A DNA stretch of 63,717 nucleotides, the filler included, from Trypethelium eluteriae (lineage: Eukaryota), in the NCBI GenBank assembly GCA_051942245.1. It is 3 parts of 3 records of this genome, joined end to end, with 100 filler letters (N's around TTAATTAATTAA, not from the genome) between each part and the next. Parts side by side here need not be neighbours in the genome. Positions count along the whole stretch, not along the records: positions 42,677 to 63,717 come from JAVECL010000479.1; 2 more parts are not named here. One strand, written 5' to 3'. A model generated the notes under the pieces. It was given only the letters and a program-made list of their open reading frames with translations. It was not told the origin of the DNA and searched no databases. Position numbers and translations under genes: made by a program. Shown here one piece after another: positions 50,235 to 63,717 of the stretch (position 1 is its first letter; each line of letters begins with the position of its first letter).

Positions 50235-52099
50235 TTTGAAGAATACGCCTTGTCGTGAACGATTTTAGTGAGGTCCGCAAGTGGACGAGCCTGAGTAGTG
50301 TGCACAATATTCATTGATCTATATCCGAGGGTTAAGGAAGCTACATAGGACAGAAGCGAGGGTCTAGATGTTGGCGAGCGGGTCCACGTACTCCCCGCCT
50401 GCCGTGCTTCGTCCTTAGTAGCGCAAAGGGTAAACGATCATTTTGTTCAAACTAGATCAACGATTCCATATCTAGAACAGTCTAACAGGCGTCTAGCCGA
50501 ATGAGGAAATTGATTGTTTACTTGATAACTAAGAGGTGAAGATACTTCTCGGGACCGAGCCGACGGCCTAATACGGACTGATAAATGAGGGTGAATCAGT
50601 CTATAGATAGCAACACAAACGACATTTAATGTCCTTGTGGCCTACGTATGACCGACAATAATAGCATACAATTACCTGTCATTAGTCTTGTCTCCGTACA
50701 TCTTCCACGATATCCACCTCTCAGTCAACGAAGGCATGTGCCCAAGCATCTCTGCACTTGGCCATTACGGCTCCTCGTATGAATCCTATGCTCTACTCAA
50801 TTCTATCACTTTAATCTTCAACTGCCTAGTAGACAATGTAAGTATCTCAAATCGATGTCATGAAGCGCCGAAGCTTTGTATCATTCTGATGAAGCCGAAA
50901 TTTTTCGAATTCCAGATTAGTCCCATCAAATACGATCCCGGCTCTCATTAGAACTGGCAATATCTGCGGATTTATACTTGCCTCAAGGGTTGGAAGCTAG
51001 AACTCGCTACCTAAGAGTTGGCCTTTGTACCTTCGTTTTGTCGGACTTACGCACATTAGTAGCGGTCGCTATAATTATTCTATGCCTCTCACATGCATGC
51101 AGGGCGCCTGGCAAGCCTCAAGGGCAGTGGAAGTATCCTTGAGAGTCACGGCCTTTCCATGGAAGCCAGTAATGGAACTGTGTAATCCTACTATAATTCC
51201 GGGTGGCTCGGATCCGTCAGATTGTAATCTATAACACTTTCTCAACGGAAGGCTATTAATGACTCAATAATGACAAGTCCCATGTTTTTAAGAGTTTATG
51301 CCATTAGAAAAGGTGGTTTGATATGGCAGTTGTCCAGGACCTCGAGCAGCTCGACAACTATCGCATAGTATGACGTACAGACGTAGTGATTGTTGGAGGA
51401 AGTTGCTTCTGAGGACGTTGGAGTGGGACTGCGTTGCATGGGCAACTATTACCTTATTCGTGCTAGTGCAAGCAGTTAAGCTTCACCTTCTCTTGCTCTC
51501 GAAGACTTAGGCGTCAATACTACACTTCAGCCCTTCGGCTTCCACAGTATTGGGCCTTTTGGAGACTTGGGCGGTTGGTCTTTTGGGGGAGCTCAACAAC
51601 TGTCGATTCTGCGGCTTGACTATGACGGTTGAAGGGACTGGTCAGCACCTGGAGACATAATGCATCCAAGTTTGGAAGAAGCCAAATCTTAGACAAACTT
51701 TTCTGATTAGTTAGCTTGGTTTGGAATTTGATTTGTGCTTGGAACCTAGAAGGACTGGAGGCGAGTTCAATAAGTATCTGAATTAGAAACATGAACTCGA
51801 AGCCTAGTTCTACTAATAGACTCGGAGGCCAGATTTTTTAACGCGTTACCATCGCACGGAAAGCATTCGAATTAATTGGTAATAATAAAGAAGGGTTAGC
51901 AAGGTTTCGTGAGTAGCGGTGACTCAATGGGCGGCTGCATTGTATGCGCATCACCATACTTCCCATCTTTCGTATATCTGTGCTGCGCGACCCTGACCTC
52001 TTTCACTTGAATCACTTTTTCCTTCTCTAAAAGATTTTGTCGAATTTGCATCCGCCATCGCGAACATCAACGAAGAAGGTCTTGAATTGGTCAGAGCTT

Positions 52100-53014
52100 A
52101 TGGATACACCGATCCATACAGTCATCCTTCCGCAAAATGGCCCGAACAAATCGTTCAAGTTCTTAGATCTACCGCCCGAGCTTAGGACTCAAGTATACAG
52201 GCATGTTTTGGTCGCTGAAGTACAGCCCCTGGCGACTCTGGACATATCAGACATAATCGATCTTAGGCGGAAGGACCTCTCTCACCAGTTCCTGTCAACG
52301 GACGATTGGATCCAGATGTACCGTCCTAAGTTTCCTGTGGCTCTGTCAAGAACATGTTCACAGATCCACAATGAAGCCGCTAGCGTGTTGTACGGTGAGA
52401 ACACTTTCTTAGTCCATTCGACCGGTTTTCTATCAACAATGAGAGCGCGAGCTCACTGGATCATAGAGCCAGATCGACAGTATCTTACACTATATCGACC
52501 ACTGGTCAGACAAATTGAAGTCATCGGCATAAACCATCGCGGCGCGCGAAGGTTAGACGCCTTCTCTACTGAGAATCTCACAGGATTGCGAAAGCTAACA
52601 TACGTCATTGGGGTTGAACATAGTTGGTTTGATATGCCGCACCATTCAGGTACGTGCGGCCCTTTACACCAATATCTAGAGAGGTTGCGAACACTGGACT
52701 TTCAAGTGGGAAAAGTCCAATGGGATCTGCACCTTATGCAATACGAAAATGATCCACGACTGCCTACAAGAGTCTCGCTGAAGCTCAAGCGCTTCATCGA
52801 GAGATGTTTGGGACATGAAATCGTTGAGGGCGAAAGCCAGTACTGGAAATATTGGAAATTCATCCGTGAATCGAATACCACAGAAAAAGTCTTGGACTAC
52901 CTACTCGAAACTTCTCTTCTAGCAAGAGAGAGCATCTCCACTGAGGGTATTGAATGGAAATTGATTCTGGAGGAATCAAGAGAAATGCGCCTTGCATGGC
53001 ACGAGGCATTTTGA
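52100..53014 (+). CDS. F-box-like hypothetical protein, paralog 1
   Basis: FLDLPPELRTQVYRHVL..ALSRTCSQIHNEAASVLYGENTF. Confidence 0.75.
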   Translation: MDTPIHTVILPQNGPNKSFKFLDLPPELRTQVYRHVLVAEVQPLATLDISDIIDLRRKDLSHQFLSTDDWIQMYRPKFPVALSRTCSQIHNEAASVLYGENTFLVHSTGFLSTMRARAHWIIEPDRQYLTLYRPLVRQIEVIGINHRGARRLDAFSTENLTGLRKLTYVIGVEHSWFDMPHHSGTCGPLHQYLERLRTLDFQVGKVQWDLHLMQYENDPRLPTRVSLKLKRFIERCLGHEIVEGESQYWKYWKFIRESNTTEKVLDYLLETSLLARESISTEGIEWKLILEESREMRLAWHEAF

Positions 53015-53574
53015 CGCGAGCTCATCAATGTTGGCATCAGTTGACAATTGATGCATGATTGGACCTGCAGGCTGAGTGAGCGATTGTGGCAGTCGAAGCT
53101 GTCAAATAGACTGACGCGATGCCGAAGCTCATCACTGCGCCCGTCGCAGGGTATCGACTATCATCGTAATTGGTATCGTATATCCTCCTCCGTCCAATAG
53201 TTAAAGAGGGAGAGGTGAACAGGAATTGTAAGCACAGATAGCAGGGACAAAGAATAAAACCAGGATGAAAGTAGAAAGAAAAAAAAGAGTTAGTGAGATT
53301 CACTCCACACACAGAGGAGCCCGTTGGTTGTCACTGAAAATGTGGTCTTGCGGGACTTTTGCTCCACCTGATACCGGTATGTGATCTTGGAAGAGCCACT
53401 ACGATATAAGTAGCGGTGACTGCCAAGGCTATCCAGTACTTAAACCTCTTCTGCCTCAACCGCGACTTCCTTCAGGTCATTATTCGATCAAATTGCTGGA
53501 TGAGCCAAAAATGGTTCTATCTGTTACCAGCGGCAAGCAAGCACAGGCAGAAGGTCAGTCGCAGTCACTAAACA

Positions 53575-54267
53575 ATGTTTAGCCCGTCTAACGCCAACGT
53601 AGGAAAGGGCCCTTCGCGATTTCTCGATCTCCCTGCCGAGATTCGGAACATCATTTACCGCTTCTGCCTGATCAGTGCGGCACAGCCGTTACTTCCGTGC
53701 CAAAGCCCCGAAGGCTTACAACCTCAGATCCTCCGACTCAATAGAAAAATCCATGATGAGGCTTGTTCCGTTCTTTATGGAGACAATACTTATGTCTGGG
53801 AGTGGGACTACTCGCCTGAGTGGATCATTAGGAAACAGCCCTTTGACAGCTGTCTCGGCATCTCTGACTTCGAGCCTTACAGAAACATGGTGAAACACCT
53901 CGAGATACTGCTGGATGCGCTTGTCAGTCACTGGATCTTCAACCGTCGCAGGGACGAAGGCTACTACGAGAGATTCCTGATCAAAGATCTCCCAGATGTG
54001 CGGTCGATCGTGTTCGTTCTCTCTGAAGACACGTGGATCAAGGACAGCCGCCCCTCGAACGTAGCGACATATGATTCCAATGCGGCGTGGATATTGGAGT
54101 TGATCAAGGGGGAGGTTCCGCCTGCGGAGAAGGTTTACTGGGATTTCGGACCCCGAGAAGGGAATTCGCGCTGGCGAGACATTGTCGAAAAATCTTTGGG
54201 AAGGCCTCCTGCCGAGAAGCGGAGCGAGTATTGGCATCGAAAACAACAAGAAGGTTTCGGTGCTTGA
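53575..54267 (+). CDS. F-box-like hypothetical protein, paralog 2
   Basis: FLDLPAEIRNIIYRFCL..QILRLNRKIHDEACSVLYGDNTY; the start may lie in an upstream exon. Confidence 0.75.
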   Translation: MFSPSNANVGKGPSRFLDLPAEIRNIIYRFCLISAAQPLLPCQSPEGLQPQILRLNRKIHDEACSVLYGDNTYVWEWDYSPEWIIRKQPFDSCLGISDFEPYRNMVKHLEILLDALVSHWIFNRRRDEGYYERFLIKDLPDVRSIVFVLSEDTWIKDSRPSNVATYDSNAAWILELIKGEVPPAEKVYWDFGPREGNSRWRDIVEKSLGRPPAEKRSEYWHRKQQEGFGA

Positions 54268-55216
54268 GGGTGGCTAGATAGTTGGTCGGAGAATTAAGGT
54301 CCCTGGGCTCGAGCAAAGAATATCCTCCGTGAAATATAGTGCGACAATCGAGCGATGCTTTGTGGCTCGGAGCTTACCTAGGTAGGCAGTCTGAACAGCG
54401 ATATATCCACAATAATTCCTCGATAAGTTGAGTGCGCCGTAACTTTGGCTCAACCTGAGTTTCGCTTGATATTATGGTAAGCTTATTTTGATGAAGTGAC
54501 TGCTATGTATTGCCTTGATGTATCCGGTAATGTGTCAGACCAAGACCGCAACAGAGGTCTAGAGGTACGGAAGAACGCTTTTCGCTGGGTCAGGCTGACT
54601 TCTTATCGACGAACGACCAGCTGGTCTTCTCATCGCTTTCAAGATCTCCTGACTGGCCCATCCTTGTCCTAGGAGCATAACAAGAGCAGCATGTCTCGCA
54701 AACTGGTGGGTTCAGGTTGAGTTCTTCGAGGGGAAAGGGGTGAAAGTTAGAGTGATTCCCAAGGTACCAGATCTTCACGGCATTCCGGGTAATTTGCTCG
54801 GATCTAAGCCTCTCGGAATACGCCTCTGTTACCGGACGGCCTCAATCGACGCTCAAATTGAAAGATTCACATCTGACCGACGATATAGTGAGTAATGAGC
54901 ACAGAAGCCGGGGACTCTCACTAATATTTGCCAGCGAAATACATCATAAATCTGAATGTCTCAATTACGAGGTTATTTTAAAGGTAAAGTGAGGTCTAGA
55001 TGGAGATTCTGGTTGAGAACTGTGGTTTGTGTCAAATTATTAACACTCATCATCTCAGTTCTCCATCTAGATTTCCAACCTAGAGTTCTATGTTTCAATA
55101 GGCCGCCAGATCCTCCGTCTCTGTTGTACCTTCTTCTGCCCATTCCTCATCACAAATTCTACATCCTTCTCCGCCCAAGACTGCTTCTTTGGCACAGGGC
55201 AGACAGGTGGCGCTAG

Positions 55217-57097
55217 TCACGCAACGACGTCCGCAAGTTCGATATTCGGAACTATGTACGGCTGCTCCTGGTTTCTGATCATGGTCCTCTGCTCGTATGC
55301 ATACGCAAAGCCAATCAACTGCGCTTCACTGAATCTGCGTCCCAAGAACGACAGTCCAAAGGGGATCTGGGGTCCGGTTTCGACGAGGGTGCCACGCCGT
55401 TCGAGCACAATGGTCTCGTTTGATGGATAGAAGCCCATGGGCACAGTGACGACAGGTGAGCCGACAAGCGCGGGAATGCCAGGGCTGAATTGGGTCGGAA
55501 GGAGAATGGCATCGAGATTGTTGCGGTCTAGAGCACCGAGAATACCACCTGGACCACCGTAGAAGAGGTTGGCTTGGTACGCAGGCCAGAATCGAGGGTC
55601 AGTGTTGTTCCATCCTTGTTGCAATGCGCCCCCGCGACCATCCCAAACCGCAGTGTCTCGGTCTGGCCAGTCTTCGAGCGGATTTGCATGAGTGTAATTC
55701 GTGAGTTCGGCAAGGTTGTGAAGGTCGTTAGGGTTGAATGTGAGCTCATTAAAGTAATTCGCTAGGTCCACGAGAAAATCTGCGTTGAGCACAAGTGTCT
55801 CATTGTTGTCGGAAAGCCATTGCTCATAGGCAGTAAAGTTCGTGTTGTCAATGACAGTGGCACCAGCCTCGCGAATCACCTGCACAGCAGCGTCGAAGGC
55901 AGCAAGAACTGGGGGCGTGCTATTGTCGGAAGACAGATCTATCACGTTACGTGCAATCCCGATCCGAGCACCTTCCAAAGAAGTGAAATTGCATGCTGCG
56001 ACGTAGTCCGGAATGCTACCGTTGTTCGGGATAGCGGACGTATAATTATCGTTCGGATCGGGGCCTGCAATGGCTTGTAACAGATATGCGGCATCCTTTA
56101 CTGTACGCGCCATTGGTCCTACGGTGTCCTGGTGCTCGCTTATAGGCACCACCAAGTACCGCGATGTCAATCCCACACTCGGCTTGATCCCCGCCAAGTT
56201 GTTCACATCTGATGGCGACAAGATGGATCCGGAAGTCTCCGTTCCCAAGGCTGCCAGCGCAAGACCGAGGGAAGAACTAACCCCACTACCACTGGAACTG
56301 CCACTTGGATCCTGGAATGGATAATAACCCGCGAAAGTCTGACCTCCGTACGCAGACCATCCATTCGTCGAGTTGTCAGACCTGAAGTTTGCCCACTGAC
56401 TAAGATTAGTTTTGCCGAGGATAACAACCCCGGCTTTTCGAAGCTTCGCCGCAATTGTCGAATCTCTCGGAACTTTCGCACCAAGCAGGGCGTATGATCC
56501 AGCTGGCTCGATCAGTTGACTGTACCATTTATGTATCTCGAATCCTTACCCGTGTTGTTCATCTGGTCATCTGTAGCAATGTTGTTCTTTATGAGGATAG
56601 GAATACCATCCAAAGGTCTGGGTAAGCGTCAGCATGGGATTCCATTCGGCTTAGGAGGCGCATACCCAATGACACTGCCGTTTGCTCTTCTTGCATCAGC
56701 CTGCGCAGCTATTGCGAGTGCATCAGGGTTGAGCTCCGTAACCATATGCAACGTATCGTTGACCTCCCTGATCCGTTGGACGTATGCCTAATCGAGTCAA
56801 CTCGGTCCTAGCGCAGAGCTTCGGAAACGTACAGTGGTAAGATCTACACTGGTAAATAAACCCTGTTCAAGACCCGATACGAGATCCTCTGTCGTGACAT
56901 TGATGAGACTGGGGAATTGCTGGCCTTTGACTGAAGAATGATCAATTCAACGCTCGCAGAATGTCTTAGGGAAAACGCATACTCGTCGTTTGCCTTTTGG
57001 ATAACGGAGATCTTGGGGGCTGCCTAGGAATAACGCTCTTGGCAACGACGAGATTGCTGAACAGTGCGCAAAGCACTGCGTAGAAAAGGAAATGCAT
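55217..57097 (-). CDS. Secreted amidase-signature family protein
   Basis: Signal peptide MHFLFYAVLCALFSNLVVA; GIPILIKNNIAT, ILGKTNLSQWANFR, PSGSSSGSGV, LGTETSGSILSPS, QDTVGPMARTV; four 5' introns. Confidence 0.92.
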
Positions 57098-58209
57098 CGC
57101 GGATCTGCGTAAAGAAAAGAGACAACGAATCGAGATGTTCCAACACCAAGTAGATGCGGCCAACGCAGGACGCAGGAGTATGAAGGAGCGGTTGAAGGGC
57201 GAGTTGCCAGCAGCAGCTGGAGAGACTTCCCACCAAGAGAGCACGCAGCTCTATTTTATGGGATCATACTAGCTTTCTAAATTGATAAGCTGCAGGAACG
57301 CAGACCGGCATTCGAGGCCAAGCTTTCTCGACCAACTTCCCCATTGAAAGAAGGTCCTCATTCGGCAGAGCTCGCAAATTGCCATAGTTCCCGTCAGCAG
57401 CACCACTTGGGGCGGCGTTCGCGTGGACTATCCCAGCAAGCTGCTCTCCGCATGTCAACCCCTGCGAATTGCCAAGGTTGGATCTGATATCTGACCGACG
57501 GGCCCAGCGATCTTACATCATGACGAGATGTCAGGAGCTTCGTAGCAGATGAGAAGCTCTCGGGACAAGCAATGAGGAAGGTGGTTGAGGAGGAGTGCAG
57601 GGAGGAAGCGTGGTAGACGATGATACGGGGAAACTGGCTAGCCGAATGAGGAAGCTCCATCACCGCGTGCTCCTTCCGCGGCCGGGGCACCAGCGTTGAT
57701 GAACTTGATGGCATGGTTTGCAAGTCATGGAGAAAGTTGTGGATCATCTTTGACACTAGTTGAAAGGAATCATTGTCAAAAGATACCTATGGACCGCGAC
57801 CTTGGTTTGACTGATTTGATATTTGAGATACGTAAAAACTTCCGTGAAAAGCTATCGTGAACCAGTAAATTTAGTTCCTGGTGAGGACGAATCAGTGACC
57901 CCAAAAAACCAACTCTCCAAAGATTAGCTCATCATTGTTGACCCGATACGCCCACCTCCATGCCTGGATTACGTGTGTCTGAACCCTATTGTGGGGCTTC
58001 AAAGTCGTTCCCACAAGTTCTGTCGTTGATTTTCAAGCTGGTAACTTCGTGCTAAAGCAATCGGACTGGATTACGGAGTGGAATAAACAAGCCAATGCTA
58101 CTAAGGCCTTTTCACTTGCGTATCGTAGCCGTGCTTGATGAAATCGAGTGCAGCGCTGGCCTCGAATGAATAACCTCCATTCTCAAGAACACTGAGTACG
58201 AGGATTTCC

Positions 58210-59833
58210 ATGAGCACTGCGAATCCACGGCCGACGCTGCTGCTCGGCTCAGTTGCTGGAGTAGCAGCAGCATCCGTCTACAGTCTCTTGTGCCTTTACA
58301 GAGCAATTTCGGCACCAGCATCACCCAACGCACCAAAGAATATCCCTTCTCCGCGTACTGCATTGCTGCCCAGTCTTTCTGAAGAGGAGATACAAAGCTT
58401 GCCATACCCGCCGGACGTATTCCCCGGAGCTCGAGATGTGGATACGCCGTATGGCAGTATTAGGGCATATGAGTGGGGTCCGGAAGATGGGAGGAAAGTG
58501 CTACTTGTCCATGGGATAAGTACACCATGCATTAGCCTAGCCGGAGTAGCAGAGAAATTGGTGGAACAAGGCTGTCGGGTTATGCTTTTCGGTAGGTAAT
58601 TTTTATTTACTTAATTTTCTTATCCTGTAGCGAGGTCAATAGTAATTACACAAACAAGACGGAATAAATAATCGCTGTTTTGCTTTGCGGAGCTTCTTCG
58701 AATCCTGATTTGCACTCATCGCACCAAGTTCTTCATGAGCCAAATTCGCATCAAATCCGTTCTCAGCTGTCAGAGTGTTGGATTTTCTGTTTAATCTTCT
58801 GCGTCTCTCTGGCATTCTCAACAATCTGACGTAATTGGTAGATCTGTTTGGACGTGGCTACTCTTCCTGTCCTGCTACGCTCCCTCACGACATCCGCCTC
58901 TATACCACCCAGATCTTCCTTGTCCTTGCCTCCTCCCCTCTTTCCTGGACAGGAAGCGCTTCCACCTCCACCAAGACAGATCGGTTCACCCTTGTTGGGT
59001 ACTCCCTTGGAGGCTGCATCAGCCTCAACTTTACCGCCACCTTTCCCCACCTCGTCTCTGATCTCGTCCTTATTGCGCCTGCCGGTCTCATTCGCGATAA
59101 ACATGTCGCCTGGCAGAGTCGCCTTCTCTACTCTCGCTACGGCGGTCTCGTCCCTGAATCTTGGGTATCATACATTGTAGCCCGTAGACTCAGAGCTGGG
59201 CCTACCGGTGCCACGGCGGTATCGCCTCACAAGAAGTCGGCTTCTTCCTCTTCTCCATCTTCGACACTTCTCCCCACAGATGCCACAATAGCACCCATCA
59301 CCGCCGAAGTCGCGAATACGACACCCTCATCAACTATCCATCCCTCCAGTGCTTCCCACTCCGCACCGCCCTCAGGGTCATCCTTCGACAACGCAATCCT
59401 CTTCCCGAATCGGCCCAAAGTCTCCGTCGCCGCGACTGTCAGTTGGCAGCTCAAGCACCACCCGGGCTTCCTCCCCGCATTCATAAGTTGCATCCGGTAC
59501 TGTCCTATCTACCGACAAGAACAGGTTTGGAAAACCATCGGTTCGCGTCTGGATACCATACGTCGTGCGGAAGGTAAAGCAGGCCCGGTGGAGCGAGAAG
59601 GAGCCGGACATACATCAGAGCGGAAGTGGAGTTTAGAAAGCAGAGTGTTGGTAATTGCGGGTAAGACGGACTCCATTATCGTTCCAGAGGAGCTGAGGGA
59701 CGATGCCGGAGAGGCGATTGGGAAGCAGAATCTAGATTTTATAACCGTCGAGGCTGGGCATGAGGCTCCAATTACAAGAAGTGGGGAGATCGTGGACGCG
59801 ATGAGGAGTACATGGGAAAAGGGGTTGGGGTAG
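58210..59833 (+). CDS. Alpha/beta hydrolase with N-terminal anchor
   Basis: YEWGPEDGRKVLLVHGISTP, MLF|DLFGRGYS across intron about 58592-58840, nucleophile GYSLGG, GKTDSII, AGHE. Confidence 0.88.
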
Positions 59834-60888
59834 GCCCAGGTTGCCTGCTTGTATCTAGGAGTGACCCCTTTCTCTGAGCGCCATTTTGGTTTTTTGATTA
59901 CCGACGGGAGCACACAGTTATATTCGCGACCTTTGACAGAGAGCGTAGGTATTTCATGTGGCCACTCTTGCAATAACAGAACATGTCTCTAATTAATCGT
60001 AATCTTTCAAGACATTATTTTGAACTACAATTGATTTTAGATTCGCGCAAATGTAGGGGACTGAATATTCACTTTGGCACTAGCATTCTAGACATGTAGG
60101 CATTTTTCGAGCCACCATCAGCAAGCATGAGGGTTATTTTCTGAACTCCCACGGGAAGAATCACGTCTTCTCTAACATTGGATTACTGGTACTTCTCAAC
60201 TGAACTCGTACGAGCTATCTTTCCTCAAGCTGGTACCAGCTGTGTAAGCAAGCCAAGCAAGAGAAGTGACTAGAATCCACGACCACAGCAAGCAAAGTGA
60301 TGCTTCTCTGAACAGATCACCTTTCAGATGCATTGCCGGGTGTCTAGACTCGTGGGTGTATATACACAACCGGCTCCCGTTTGTCTTCTTCTTTCCGCCA
60401 TCTTCGCGAATGAATTTGTATGATGTCCTCCCCTTTTCACCATTACAAATGAGAGCTGTGAGTATGTGAAACACAAAGAAGCAATCCATGGTGACCTTTT
60501 TTCGATTCTCCCTAATTTTGCAATTTTGTTTCCCTCCCTAATGAATGTTCCCACCCTTTCCCTTGCGAGTCTTCCCCGGAAACGTTTCTAAAGCAATTTG
60601 AACCAAATGGCAAATGGTGTCGCAGACTGGGAAGGTCAATCCTCGAGCAGCAGAAGCGATAAGATGCTGCGGGTTTGCGAAGCGAAACGCTCAAAGGCAA
60701 ATGGGGAAAAAGTGGGGGTATGAAACAGATGATGGATGCGGAACGCTCAAATGCCGACGACGAAGGGAACAATACGACGCGATGACGCTTCTCCTTAATG
60801 ACGGATGCGGGTACGAGATGGGGAATATAAGCGAGTTGGTGGGACAGTCGGGTGGTGATGTTTATAGCTCAGGATAATGTACATCGTG

Positions 60889-62202
60889 CTAATTGCCCAT
60901 GAGCTGCTCGCGCGGCTCGTGGGAATATTGGTGGTATATGTAGTGTTGCTGATGATGTTGTTCGGGACCGCTTGATGGAGGCGTCAATTGAAACTGTGGC
61001 GGTTGTGGCATGACACCAAAGTATGGGTCACAGGCCATACCACCATCTTCACGCAAATCCTTATCCGGTGTGATCGGAGGCGTCGGCATACCAGTTGCCA
61101 CAACATGATGCAAAGGGCCCTTCGTGGGTGTTGTTATAGCATAGGCTGTGCTTGGCTTTGGGCCTTCCTCAAATGATGATGCTGGCATCTGCGGTGAAGG
61201 GTTGGGCTCCAGACGAGTTGCAATCTGCGCCTGCCGTCTCAAAAACTCATCAATAGTGGCTGACGCAGATGAGAATAAAGCCGAAGCGTATTTCCTTCTT
61301 ACTACGGTCGATGGCTGGTAGAGGTGGTTGGAGAGGTTGTAGGCGATGGCCGGATTCATTTGTGTGGACCACTGGTATTGAACCTGTTGTCGGCCAAGAA
61401 TCCATCGTGCCAGAGCAAGCGCAGACTGTGCCATCACAGAAGCAGGCACCGACACGAATTCCTTATGGTAAAGGGCTATTTCTGAGATGTACCATGCCAG
61501 ATGCTCCAGCTCAGGATCATAGGCAGAATCGTTCAACGCCACCTGAATGAAAGTTGTCACCGTGGGATGCCCGACGACCCAGCCCAATGTTTGCAGAACA
61601 TGCCATTCCATCTGCATAAACATATCTTCATCGTAGAGCGAACAGCACATCGATTTCAGCTCCCGTATTGTCGGCACACGCTCCTTTCGATCCCCGTATT
61701 TTGCTGCAATGAGTAGAGCTGCACAGCCGACAAGCTGATAATGTCGCTTGTAAACTACCCTCTTGGAGCAGTATCGGTCGAGGAGGTTGACGGCGAGGAA
61801 GAGAGTTTCGGGCAAAAGCTGGAAGGCATGGTGGGCTTCTACGAGGAAGTCGAGCAAGTACGGTCGCATGAACCACTGGATTTCCGTTTGCACGTCAATG
61901 GAACTGACGTCCGGCATAGTTTCGGTCTATAGTAGATTAGCAACTGAGGTTCAAGAATCCACTGTACTTTGCTCAGTATCTCTGACCTCCATGTGCTCCA
62001 TGTGCTGCAAGTGGTCATCCTCGTACTCGTCAGCTGTCACTCTTGAGAGTTCGGCAGCTAGGATTTTTTGCTCTTGTTTTGCTGCCTGGCGTTGTCTTTC
62101 CCTCTCTGCTGCAGCTGCTGCGTAGACTCCATCCTCTTGTGACTCTACGAAGTAGCTGTCACACGCACCATAGTTATGAAGGCGAGCTTGATAGGAAGCC
62201 AT
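60889..62202 (-). CDS. G1/S (CLN/CCN1-type) cyclin
   Basis: IDVQTEIQWFMRPYLLDFL, ETLFLAVNLLDRYCSKRVVYKRHYQLVGCAALLIAAKY cyclin box; TP-rich PEST tail; intron about 61929-61977. Confidence 0.93.
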
Positions 62203-63717
62203 GTTCAAAGGTTCGCGAGTGTGAATTGAAAATGAGAGGACGTCGAGTCTCCAGGATAGACGGTCAATGTTTCTTTTACGCGAAAGAGTGCTAGTTCAAG
62301 TCCGAACAGTATTAGGGAGAGGCAGTCGAAATATCGACAAGTAATGACTGTAATTAGTTGGAAGGGCAAGTGAAGGATTGGCTATTGTTGTGGTCTGCTC
62401 CGGTTGGCTGTGACCACAAAATATAGGCAATCTCAATTGAGCCTATATTGTCAAGCATGATTAGCCATGCCAAGCTCAGGGAGAATTTCATTTCCCCAGA
62501 AACTGGGGAAGTGACGAAAGGGAGAACCGCACCTTTGGAATTAGGGTATTAGAGAAGGCTTGCGATATGCAGGGAAAAAAACTGAAAACGAAATAGTCAG
62601 GAAGATAACGACCCTGGTAAGCTAACCCGCGAGCATAGGTATTTGACTAGAGCCAATCTTCGGAATGGACTATAGTATGAGGAACCCGGAGTGGAGCAAC
62701 GACAGGGGGTAAGCTCGCAAGTAGCAGAGATCGAGCTAACGTCTCCACGCTTGCCTGTAGCTCTCGGGTACTGCCGTTCGAGAGAGTTCCAGGTGAGGAA
62801 TGTAGGGCGATCTGGGCAATTCACAAGCGCGGACTAAGAGCAAGGGATGCAAGTTAGTCGAAAAGGCAAGGCTTCTACTATAGAAGTGAGACATACCTAA
62901 ATTGTCGGGCCACAATGGTTTTTGGAGTTACTTGTGGGCGACGTATAGTTTTCACCAGCAGACCTATCTGAGGTGGATGTGCGACGAGGTAGAGGTTGTA
63001 GATCAAGCAACTGCGACCTACATATGCAATAAACGTTAGCTTTCATACAATAAGGAGAAAAATCGAACGCGTCGAAAGACTGTCCGGGTGTTTGGCCCGC
63101 GTACGTGCCAAGGCACGCGATCAAATATCCAATCTAAGGTGGAATACATAAAGATCTCCGGGCGTGAATTGCGCAGAGATGTACAGACATGGAGCAATCG
63201 GAACGTCATAAGCAACCGGTATCGCTACTTGCTCAATGATGCCCCTATCCTCGACAGGGCGACAACCAGAGGTCACCGGAGTGGAGAGCTTGTGACGATA
63301 TTGCCGTCGATCTGAGCCTAACTCTCGGGATGTGGCGTTTTTGGGATAGATCCCAGGCTTACACCGTGCCCACGTGGAGGCCATGGTGTTCGCATCGCCA
63401 GCAGAGTGCCTCGTTACAAGGGTAGGGAGGTGTCGGGGCCAGTATGTCATTGAGCACACCTATGCCGCCCACAGGGCAAAAGCCGTTCCAACGTCTGTTC
63501 ACCCATCCTTGAAAACCCTGATTTTCTTATGACAGCCTGGCCGACATAGGCCAGCAGCCACAGCTTGCCACTACTCACGGGACTCGAAGATTTGTGCAAA
63601 TATGGGCGTTTTGTCATGAAAACGTTGGATGAACTTCATGACGAGACCGGAGAAAGCTTTCGTCTTGAGATGGTGATCGGGTCTGATGGTATAGCCTCGC
63701 TTCGTCGATATCCCGGG

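Noticed and set aside
58592..58840. Long hydrolase intron as a snoRNA host
   Set aside because: No convincing C box/D box pair with a terminal stem or rRNA-complementary guide seen.

Overview
Fungal (filamentous ascomycete, Pezizomycotina-type) genomic DNA with short GT-AG introns. The window is three pieces joined by two identical artificial 100-nt spacers (44 N + TTAATTAATTAA + 44 N; 21245-21344 and 42577-42676), so adjacency across them is not evidence of linkage. Piece 1 holds ECT1, a NACHT-ankyrin NLR, a secreted S41 peptidase, GET1, RNR1, a membrane protein and a truncated BCAT. Piece 2 holds a MARVEL-like gene, a T5orf172/DUF1766 gene and a GH106-like glycosidase, then an accessory stretch (three related ~80-nt hairpins, a 10-Cys secreted peptide, two divergent nuclease-fold-like genes, a RIP-like inverted duplication, a CACGTG array) running into a minus-strand 28S rRNA gene. 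That 28S gene carries two group IE introns (one apparently ending in A instead of G) and two spliceosomal introns (peptidyl-transferase loop and helix-69 loop). Piece 3 holds CAC2, a Clr5-domain gene, two paralogous F-box-like genes, an amidase, an alpha/beta hydrolase and a G1 cyclin. The best leads are the rDNA introns, the unexplained triple hairpin locus at 32.5-33.1 kb, and a zinc finger inserted inside the NLR NACHT domain. All calls come from reading motifs by eye and from recalled reference sequences; no database search was run.
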